A DNA stretch of 64,000 nucleotides from a virus: positions 10,516-74,515 of IMG/VR virus record IMGVR_UViG_3300017963_000254; one strand, 5' to 3'. The notes beneath the pieces were generated by a model that was not told the origin of the DNA, searched no databases, and was given only the letters and a program-made list of their open reading frames with translations. Of this stretch, positions 35,141-43,500 are shown in pieces. The position numbers and the translations under genes are program-made. Position 1 is the first letter of the stretch. Every line of letters starts with the position of its first letter.

Positions 35141-37063
35141 ATGAGCGATTCGATCGACAAGCTGCTGCACCTGGCGATGGCAGGTCCGTTTGCCGACTTC
35201 GCGTTACCCGAGGAAGCGGCCGAAGCGGATCAGCTGGACGAAGCGCTTGACCCGTTCCAGCGCATGACCGTGGACGACATGATCCGGGCCTGGATCAAGA
35301 AGCACGGGAAGACCGGCCTCGACAGGCTCATCAAGACGATCAAGAAGAAGGTCCGGGGCATCGAGAGCGCCAGCATCAACAAGCGGCTCGCGATCGTCGG
35401 CGGCATCTCCGAGGGCGACGACCTCGACATGCTCTCGCCCGAGGAGAGGATGCTCCTGGGCCTCGAGCGCGGCTCGAGTTCCGGCCCGTGGTTCGGTGAC
35501 GACATGCCGGCCGGTCCCCGGCCGCTGATGGAGGGGGACACCTCGGGCTACTTCCCCCAGCCGATGACGCTGGACGAGCACCGCTCGGACGCTCTGCCGC
35601 TCGTCGAGGAGGTGCTCGACTGCGCCGAGCCGACCGTGTCGTTCTCGGCCGGCCCGTGCTTGGACGAGACCTACACGCCGGAGCAGATGAAGCGCTACAA
35701 GCGCGGCGGCGGCAAGCCTGGCAGTGTCGGCGACTGGCTCTACCACTTCGACGAGATGGACATCCGGCCGCAGTGGGTGAAGAGGGCCAGGTCGATGATG
35801 GGGGCCGAGGAGTTCGACTCGTCCTGCGTCAAGGCGCTCGCGCGCAAGGACCAGAAGCAGGTCGTCGAGTTCCTGGAGGGGAACAAGAAGGCCGAGGCGA
35901 TGGCCAAGGTCTTGAACTACGCGTCGGGCGCGAAGACCGAGGAGCTGATCCACGAGGAGCGCTCTTTCAAGCGCGGCGATGTGGTCAAGTTCAAGGGCAA
36001 GCGCGAGCGGCGGCGCTACGTGATCACGTTCGTCGACCAGTTCGGTATGCACAACATGGTCGCGCTGTCCGGCAGCGAGCGCGGGTCGGCGCCGTCCGGG
36101 CACAAGACGAGCGAGCTGGAGCTGGACAAGGACCAGTCGATCGTGTTCTCCGGGAAGAAGGCCAAGCAGCTGTTCCGCCGCTATGACCAGTACCAGGGTG
36201 CCCACTGGGGCGGCAAGATCAACAAGCCGCACAAGGTCTCCGAGGACGAGGCGCTGTCCGAGATGGAGGCCGGCGACATCGACGGCCAGATGAAGATCAT
36301 CCGCGCGAAGGTCATCAAGGGCGCGAAGCCCACTCGCGCCCGCCGGCTCGCCGGCTGCCTGCGCGCACTGCGCACGGGCGGGATCACCGTCTCCGGCCAG
36401 TCCCAGACCAACCTGAACCCGGTGCCCAAGGCCGAGAGGAACAAGGAAGACCAGCCGAAGGACGACACGCCCGGCGAGGTGGACGAGGACACCGGCCCGC
36501 CGGACCAAGTGAACACGGAGGATGTCATGAACCTGAGTGATGCGATCCGGCGCTTCCGGGGCGAGGACGAAGAGCCCGCTCCGAGGCCCGCAAGGAAGCC
36601 CCAGACGGAGTCCCATGGCGCGCGGCCGGCTTACGGCGAGTCGTTCGACGACCTGCGCGACAAGGGAATGGCGCTCGATGACTTCGGCTCGTTCGACGAC
36701 GACGGTGACGTCGAGTTCGCCGAGGCGATGCTGAACAACGACCCGACCCTGACCGGGATGGACCGCCGGCTGGCCCAGCTGGAGGCCAACATCCCCGTGA
36801 AGGGCGGCAAGTCCAAGAGCAAGTTCCGCCAGCCCTACAAGGGTCCGGGCAAGGGCGTGTACGGTCCGGTTTCGACCCCGGCCGATCCCGAGGCGAAGGC
36901 GGCTGCCACGCGCAGCACCGCCGGCGTGAAGGGTCCGGGCTACACCCCGGACGGTCGTGAGGAGGTCGATGTTCGGACCGAGCAGCGTGAGCCTGCTACA
37001 GCCCACGAGCTGGATCTCTTCGCCGAAGGCATGGAGTACCCGACCGACCTGATCGGCCGCTAG
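35141..37063 (+). CDS. Putative head-internal/scaffold-like polyprotein
   Basis: Alternating acidic and basic modules; QLDE, PLME, CLDE, ALSE sites; internal MNLSDAIRRFRGE. Confidence 0.6.
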   Translation: MSDSIDKLLHLAMAGPFADFALPEEAAEADQLDEALDPFQRMTVDDMIRAWIKKHGKTGLDRLIKTIKKKVRGIESASINKRLAIVGGISEGDDLDMLSPEERMLLGLERGSSSGPWFGDDMPAGPRPLMEGDTSGYFPQPMTLDEHRSDALPLVEEVLDCAEPTVSFSAGPCLDETYTPEQMKRYKRGGGKPGSVGDWLYHFDEMDIRPQWVKRARSMMGAEEFDSSCVKALARKDQKQVVEFLEGNKKAEAMAKVLNYASGAKTEELIHEERSFKRGDVVKFKGKRERRRYVITFVDQFGMHNMVALSGSERGSAPSGHKTSELELDKDQSIVFSGKKAKQLFRRYDQYQGAHWGGKINKPHKVSEDEALSEMEAGDIDGQMKIIRAKVIKGAKPTRARRLAGCLRALRTGGITVSGQSQTNLNPVPKAERNKEDQPKDDTPGEVDEDTGPPDQVNTEDVMNLSDAIRRFRGEDEEPAPRPARKPQTESHGARPAYGESFDDLRDKGMALDDFGSFDDDGDVEFAEAMLNNDPTLTGMDRRLAQLEANIPVKGGKSKSKFRQPYKGPGKGVYGPVSTPADPEAKAAATRSTAGVKGPGYTPDGREEVDVRTEQREPATAHELDLFAEGMEYPTDLIGR

Positions 37064-37079
37064 CTCCGGGGAGGTCACC

Positions 37080-37589
37080 GTGGGCCTGAAGGACGTGGCC
37101 GAGGATCTCGCCGGCTTCCTCGCGGAGGCTGCCCCCGACCCCGAGCAGGGGTCGGTTCCGCCTGTACTCACCGAGGAGCAGGTCGGCGAGGCCGCGACAG
37201 CTGTGCTGGACTACGTGCTCAGTCGGATGGAGAGCGACGACACCCCGGCAACGCTGGGCGAGGCTCTCATCATCGGCGCGCGCGCCGTCGGCGTGGATCT
37301 CGATCAGGATGACGACCGGATCGCGCAGGCGGCCGTCGCCCGGCTCGAGGACATCGCCCGCTCGGCTCGCGCGGCGCTCGAGGCGAACGAGGGGCCGATC
37401 GAGGAGGCGGCGGCCCCCGAGACCAGCGCGATCCTCGACCTCCTCCGCAAGAAGAAGGGGGCGAAGCTGCGTGAGATCGCCAAGGCGATCGGCAGCGATG
37501 TGAAGGCGGCGGCCAAGGCGCTCAAGAAGCTCCAGGCGCAGGGGCGGCTCAGCTACAACCTCAAGACCGGCTACTCGGTGGCGCAGTGA
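37080..37589 (+). CDS. Protein with acidic N-terminus and C-terminal winged-HTH
   Basis: 'ILDLLRKKKGAKLREIAKAIG...ALKKLQAQGRL' after PIEE. Confidence 0.6.
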   Translation: MGLKDVAEDLAGFLAEAAPDPEQGSVPPVLTEEQVGEAATAVLDYVLSRMESDDTPATLGEALIIGARAVGVDLDQDDDRIAQAAVARLEDIARSARAALEANEGPIEEAAAPETSAILDLLRKKKGAKLREIAKAIGSDVKAAAKALKKLQAQGRLSYNLKTGYSVAQ

Positions 37590-37981
37590 GCCTCTACGAC
37601 CGGGTTACCCTGGCCGAAGGCACGGCCGAGACGATCCTCAAGCAGCTCCGAAAGGCGCTTGGCTGGATCGACTACGGCGCGATGGGCATCAAGAACGTGT
37701 TCTCGTTCAAGGGTGACCAGAAGTTCCTGGGCGCCGAGGACACGACCGGACCGGGCGTCCAGTTCGACGTTCGCGGGCACTGGAAGGGCCGCGTCCTGAT
37801 TCGGCTCGACCCGAGCGACACCTACACGATCATCTTCGGCCGCACGCGGCGGAAGAAGGACAAGAAGCTCGGCATCTTCACGCCCTACTGGCACGTGGAC
37901 AAGAAGCTGAAAGGCGTCTACGTCTCCGAGCTGGGCAAGATCGTCAAGGACCACGTGCTAGGAACGGCGCTGAGGAAGTGA
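37586..37981 (+). CDS. Hypothetical phage protein with MSLYDRV leader
   Basis: MSLYDRVTLAE leader; GTGA coupling. Confidence 0.65.
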   Translation: MSLYDRVTLAEGTAETILKQLRKALGWIDYGAMGIKNVFSFKGDQKFLGAEDTTGPGVQFDVRGHWKGRVLIRLDPSDTYTIIFGRTRRKKDKKLGIFTPYWHVDKKLKGVYVSELGKIVKDHVLGTALRK

Positions 37982-39465
37982 GTCTCTACGATCGAGTTCT
38001 GGCGGAGAGAGCTGCGGCCACGAAGGCCGCCGGCTTCGCATCCTTGTCTGCCGATCAGCGCGGTGCCCTCGCCGATGCGTGGGATCGCTGGCGCTCAAGA
38101 CCGTCCTGGTCGAAGCGCGGACAGAACGCGTGGTACGACTGCCCGCGCGTGAAGGCCGCGCTAGGTCTGATGCCGGGCGACAAGGTGCCCGGCTTCATCA
38201 AGCGTCTCAAGCGGAAGGATCTGAAGGAGGCGAAGCGGGGAAGCGCTGCGGCGTCCAAGAAGCTCAGCGGGACGTGGGGCCATCCGCGCCGGCACGGCAA
38301 GAAGGCGGCCAGCAAGAAGCGCCGGCAACAGGGCAAGAGGCTGGACGAGGGCAAGGCCGCGTCCAGTTCCCAGATCTCCTACGCCCAGCACCTCGCCAAG
38401 CAGCAGAAGCTCAAGAGCCCAACCGCCGACGAGATCGCGGCGATGGACGACGTCGCCATCAGCAAGCTGATCGACGGCCTCAAGAAGAAGCGCGGCGAGC
38501 CGGTGTTCTACGGCAACGGCAAGTTCAAGGGCTGGGTCAAGAAGGGCGAGCTGTGGCCCAAGGGCAAGAAGGAGTCGCTCGACGAGGCCGCCTGGGGCAT
38601 GTTCACCGGCGGGGCGGCACCGCTGGATGTTCCCTACCACGTGGGCGGAGACTGGAAGGAAGGCGCGGCGCAACTGCTCCGTCGAGAGATCGCGAAGCTC
38701 AAGGGGAAGGTCACGATGGAGCGAGCGCGGCTCGCTTTCCTCGCCGACGCGCTGGAGCGGGGCGACCTCAAGACAGCCAAACGCTTCTACAAGAAGCTGT
38801 CGAAGTCCGCGCGGAACCGATACGTCACGGTGGCGGCCCGCGAGAAACTGGCCGAGGGTGCCATCAAGAAGATCACCCTGGTTCAGCCGTCCGATGCTGA
38901 GGTCAAAGCGCTGAGGAAGGAGATCCTCAAGCTCGTCGACTCAGGGGTCAGCAAGAGCGGCGGTCCAGGCGGCAAGCCGGACAAGCCGTCGGTGCGAAAC
39001 ATCAAGCGTGGCAGCACAGCTCCGTCCATCGAGATCCGCCGCTACACGCCATTCACGCCCGAGGAGGGTGTGCGGATCGTCAAGCTGCTGATGTCGAAGG
39101 GCTACGTCGATGCGCTCGGAGCGGTTCCCTGGCCGGAGTTCCTGCGCAAACCGTTCCACCACCCGTCCATCATCGCCGGCAAGCCCGCGAGCAGCGTGTC
39201 CGAAGCTGTGGAGCGATTCCGCGAGCTACCCCTCACTGAGTACGGCGGCATCGGCGGCCGGATCGCCGGTGGTCGTCATCCCTACCGGGTGCCTCCGTCG
39301 AACACGATCCCGCCGGCCAACGTGATCGTCAGCCCCAAGGACATGACGGCCGAGCTGATGGCGAAACGGCAGCGGGAGCTGGAGCAGCGAGCCGAAACGC
39401 GGGAGCGGATGCGCCAGCTGGCGATCGAGTGCGACCGCCGGCCGCTGAAGACCCTGAGATCATAG
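37978..39465 (+). CDS. Putative head-internal polyprotein with MSLYDRV leader
   Basis: MSLYDRVLAE; DLKE, RLDE, SLDE, KLAE, PLTE sites; ends RRPLKTLRS. Confidence 0.65.
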   Translation: MSLYDRVLAERAAATKAAGFASLSADQRGALADAWDRWRSRPSWSKRGQNAWYDCPRVKAALGLMPGDKVPGFIKRLKRKDLKEAKRGSAAASKKLSGTWGHPRRHGKKAASKKRRQQGKRLDEGKAASSSQISYAQHLAKQQKLKSPTADEIAAMDDVAISKLIDGLKKKRGEPVFYGNGKFKGWVKKGELWPKGKKESLDEAAWGMFTGGAAPLDVPYHVGGDWKEGAAQLLRREIAKLKGKVTMERARLAFLADALERGDLKTAKRFYKKLSKSARNRYVTVAAREKLAEGAIKKITLVQPSDAEVKALRKEILKLVDSGVSKSGGPGGKPDKPSVRNIKRGSTAPSIEIRRYTPFTPEEGVRIVKLLMSKGYVDALGAVPWPEFLRKPFHHPSIIAGKPASSVSEAVERFRELPLTEYGGIGGRIAGGRHPYRVPPSNTIPPANVIVSPKDMTAELMAKRQRELEQRAETRERMRQLAIECDRRPLKTLRS

Positions 39466-39655
39466 GCCGACCAGTCGATCATCTCGGGTAGAACGTGGGT
39501 ACGTCGTGAGAGCAGGTCAGCGCTGACCGAGTGCTCGTGCGGCTGTGGTTGCGAGTGCGACGCGCTCGACTACGACAGCGGCGAGCCTCTCAGTATCGAC
39601 TGCTGGCAGGATGGTTTCGCGAAGCGGTGCCGGGCTCGCCGAGAGGAGACGCTAC

Positions 39656-40432
39656 GTGGTTACACGGGTTCTAGTGGTCGTGGCGGGTAACGCCAAACAC
39701 GGAAAAGACACGACGGCCGACGTGCTGGCCGAGCTGCTCCCGGACGCGCGGCGGGATGCCTACGCGGCACCCCTGAAGGTGTGCGTCCACCTCAAGACGG
39801 GGATCCCGATGGACGTGCTCAATGGGCCGCAGTCGGTCAAGGAGGACCCCAAGTTCGGCCGTTACGGGCAGACTCCGCGTAAACTCATGCAGGACGAGGG
39901 CCAGGAGGCCCGGGACCGGATCGGGGAGACCGTCTGGATGGACAGGCTCGTAGAACGCACACGGGCCGCCCAGGAGCGCTGCACGATCGTCAGCGACGGA
40001 CGACACCCAAACGAGGAGATCGTTGGCGTACGGGCCGCGCTGGGCTCCCACGGGGTCGTCCTGGGTGTACGCGTGGTCCGACAGAGCGTGCCCGTCGTCC
40101 GGGGGCACCCCTCCGAGGACAAGATCGCCGACGCGCCGGACTCCCTGTTCGACGTCATCATCCGTAACGACGGAACACTGGAGGACTTACGGGCGATGGT
40201 CCAGCAGGTCGCCGACCTGGCGGTGCTCCGGGCCAAGACGGGTGGCCGGAAGAAGGCTCCCGAGGGCTGGATCGTCCGGTGTCCGAGCGGTGGGCGGTCG
40301 GCCGAGCCGCTCGAGCTGGAGCAGACGGCGAGGGTCGTCGCCGCGCAGCCGATGGTGCCGTGCCCGGTCTGCGGGACTCACGATTCTCACGAAGTCGAGC
40401 CGGTCAGCTACGACCTGATCGAGATCGTTTGA
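39656..40432 (+). CDS. Deoxynucleoside monophosphate kinase
   Basis: P-loop AGNAKHGKDT, A.PLK, TPRKLMQ, SDGRHPNE, HPSE, IRNDGTLEDL; GAGGAG SD before GTG 39656. Confidence 0.85.
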   Translation: MVTRVLVVVAGNAKHGKDTTADVLAELLPDARRDAYAAPLKVCVHLKTGIPMDVLNGPQSVKEDPKFGRYGQTPRKLMQDEGQEARDRIGETVWMDRLVERTRAAQERCTIVSDGRHPNEEIVGVRAALGSHGVVLGVRVVRQSVPVVRGHPSEDKIADAPDSLFDVIIRNDGTLEDLRAMVQQVADLAVLRAKTGGRKKAPEGWIVRCPSGGRSAEPLELEQTARVVAAQPMVPCPVCGTHDSHEVEPVSYDLIEIV

Positions 40433-40559
40433 GTTAGCGAATCAGTGCTGATTTCGGTCTCCGGTGCCCTCATGATGCGGGCAGCATCGTTCGGAAGGCC
40501 CCGGTAGAATACGTCCTGCTGGACACCCAGCAGTCCCTCTACCACCTCTGGAGACCGGT

Positions 40560-43500
40560 ATGTCGCCCGCTTTAAGTGCTGCTAGCGCCAATACTTCTGC
40601 CGTTCAGCTCAAGCCCTACTTCACCGACACCGACGACCCCTTCGAGGGGGTCGAGTGGGATCGTCGCCGAGCTGTGATCCAGAACACCGACGGCTCGGTC
40701 GTGTTCGAGATGGACGACGTCGAGGTGCCCGCGAGCTGGAGCCAGCGCGCGACCGACATCGTCGTCTCGAAGTACTTCCGCAAGGGCGGCGTGCCCGAGA
40801 CCAGGACCGAGAAGTCGGTCCGGCAGGTCGTGCATCGGATCGCCAGCGCGCTAGCGTCGTCCGGCCAGCAGCAGGGCTACTTCTCCGCCACGACTGCGCG
40901 CGTCTTCTACCGCGAGCTGGCCTACCTGCTCGTGAACCAGGTTGGCTGCTTCAACTCGCCCGTCCTGTTCAACGTCGGCCTGGCCGAGATCTACGGCATC
41001 AAGGGCGAGTCGGCTGGTAACTGGGCCTGGGTCGAGTCGCTGAACGAGGCGGTGCAGACGAGCGACGGCTACTCGAGACCGCAGTCGTCGGCCTGCCAGC
41101 CATACCACTCGCTCGTTCTGACCGAGCGCGGCCTGATGCCCATCGGTCGGATCGTCGAGGAGAACGCTGTGGGCCTTCGTGTTCACGACGGGGCGGGGTG
41201 GACTGAGGTCAAGGCGACCAAGGACAACAACACGAAACTGGTCTACAAGATCCAACTTGCCGATGGGCGGCAGGTCGAGGCGACGGCCGACCACCTGGTC
41301 TGTGCGCACACTCAGCGCCGCAAGAAGACCGAGGAGTGGGTGCCCGTTGGCGACCTTCAGCCGGGCATGTACATGCGCGCCTGTGTGAAGGCCGAGGAGG
41401 CCGCCTGGGATACGCGCACGGCGTCTGTCGCGGATGTGGCCAAGGCGGCGTTGGCCGGGTGGCTTCAGACGGATGGCTACGTCGGTCAACCTGAGAGCGC
41501 CGCGTCGCTCATCGTCGAGTTCGAGACGATCAACGAGCAGGAGCGGAATTGGGTGCTCCAGCACCTGCCTGTGGTGTTTGGCGATGCCCACTACAACGTG
41601 ATCGACGTAGAGACCGACGATCCGAAGGTGGACTACAAGCGCATTCGTCTCTACGGCGAGCACCTGCGACCGTTCGTCGATGACTACGGGCTCATGGTGC
41701 GCAATCCGTCCCAGGTCGTCCCGCAGCGCGTGCTGACTGGAACACCGACCGAGCAGGTCGCCTATCTCCGCAGCGTGTTCCAGGCTGACGGTTACGTGAG
41801 TCTGAGGCGAAGCGCGGCGCTGGTCGCTGTCTCGAAGTGCTCTCGGAAGATGATGCAGGGCGTTCAGCAGATCCTCGCACGGCTCGGCGTCTACGCGCGA
41901 TTGCGGCGGGCCGAGGAGAAGCGCGCCGGCCGCCACGACCGGTGGGTTGTGGCCATCGCCAACCTGTCGGAGCGCGAGCGGTTTGCGGACCTGATCGGGT
42001 TCATCGCTGCTGACAAGCAGGCCAAGCTGGACGAGAGCCTGGATCTCGATGGCAAGACCTGTCCTCCCGTGCGCTACGTGCCCGTCGAATCGATCGCCTG
42101 TGTTGGGGAGCGTCGGGTCTACGACATCCAGACCGGGACGGGAAAGTACCTCTGCGGCGACGTGCTCGTCCACAACTGCTTCATCCGCTCGGTCGAAGAT
42201 GACCTCATGTCGATCGCCGAAGGGATCAAGACCGAGATGCGCCTCTTCAAGTGGGGTTCTGGCACCGGCACGAACTTCTCCAGGCTGCGCGCGCTGGGTG
42301 AGCCCCTCTCGGGCGGCGGATCGTCGTCGGGCGTGATGTCGTTCCTGCGCGCGTACGACACGGCGGCGGGTTCGGTGAAGTCCGGTGGGACGACGCGTCG
42401 GGCGGCGAAGATGGTGATTCTCGACGCCGACCACCCGGACGTTGAGCGGTTCATCGACTGGAAGGTGCAGGAGGAGAAGAAGGCGAAGGTACTCCTCGCG
42501 GCCGGCTTCTCTGGAGGCATCGACGGTGAAGCCTACCGCACCGTCTCCGGGCAGAACGCGAACAACACGGTGCGGGTGACCGATGGGTTCATGCGAGCTG
42601 CCGAGAAGGGCGAGTCGTGGTCCACGCGATTCCGCACGTCTGGTGAGGTGGCTACTAAGCTCGAGGCGAGGAGGCTGCTCCGCAAGATCGCGTCGGCCGT
42701 CTGGGAATGCGGAGATCCCGGCATCCAGTTCCACGACACGATCAACAGGTGGAACCCGACGCCGAACGCGGGCGAGATTCGGGCCACGAACCCCTGCGTC
42801 AGCGGCGATACGCTCGTCGCTACCGCAGACGGACTACTTCCGATTCGGGATCTCGTCGGTCGCGCGCCTCGGGTGGTGACCACAGAGGGCGAGCAGGTAG
42901 CAACCGACGTGTTCTCGACGGGCCACAAGCCGGTGTACCGTCTCCGCACCAAATCGGGCTACTCGCTGAAGGTGACGGCCGATCACCCCATCTGGGCTGC
43001 GGATCGCAACTGCTACGTGAAGGCGGCCGACCTCAAGCCTGGAAACAAGCTCCAGCTGGTGGAAGGACGGTTCGGTCAGGAGAGTCTGCCCCCTGCTCTG
43101 GCCGAGGCGATCGGCTATGCCATCGGCGACGGGTGCATCAGCGGCGGGGTGCTGATGCTTACTGCCGGTCGAGAGGGCGCCGATTTCCTCGGCGCCGTGG
43201 TGGAGACGCTCAACCGACACAAGCAGCGGCTTGCCGCCAAGAGCGGGGACGGACGGACCGGACGGCCTGTCTCCGTGGTCGAGGTGCCGACCGGCTGGCG
43301 AGTCGCGACTGAGGCGCTGGAGGTAGTCTCGATGTTCTCGGCCCACGGCGTACTGGACCGGGGGTCAGAGCACAAGGCGCTCACGGACCTGGCGCTTCGG
43401 CTCGACTCGCCGTCCATCGCGGCGCTGCTGCGTGGGCTGTTCACAGCCGATGGTACCGTGAGCTGCGACGGACCCGGGGGAAAGAACGCGTACGTCGGGC

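Noticed and set aside
35204-37171. Long antisense ORFs (e.g. 35204-37171, 40851-42734, 24020-25480, 46634-47989)
   Set aside because: Shadow frames of high-GC coding genes on the opposite strand; no motifs or start signals.
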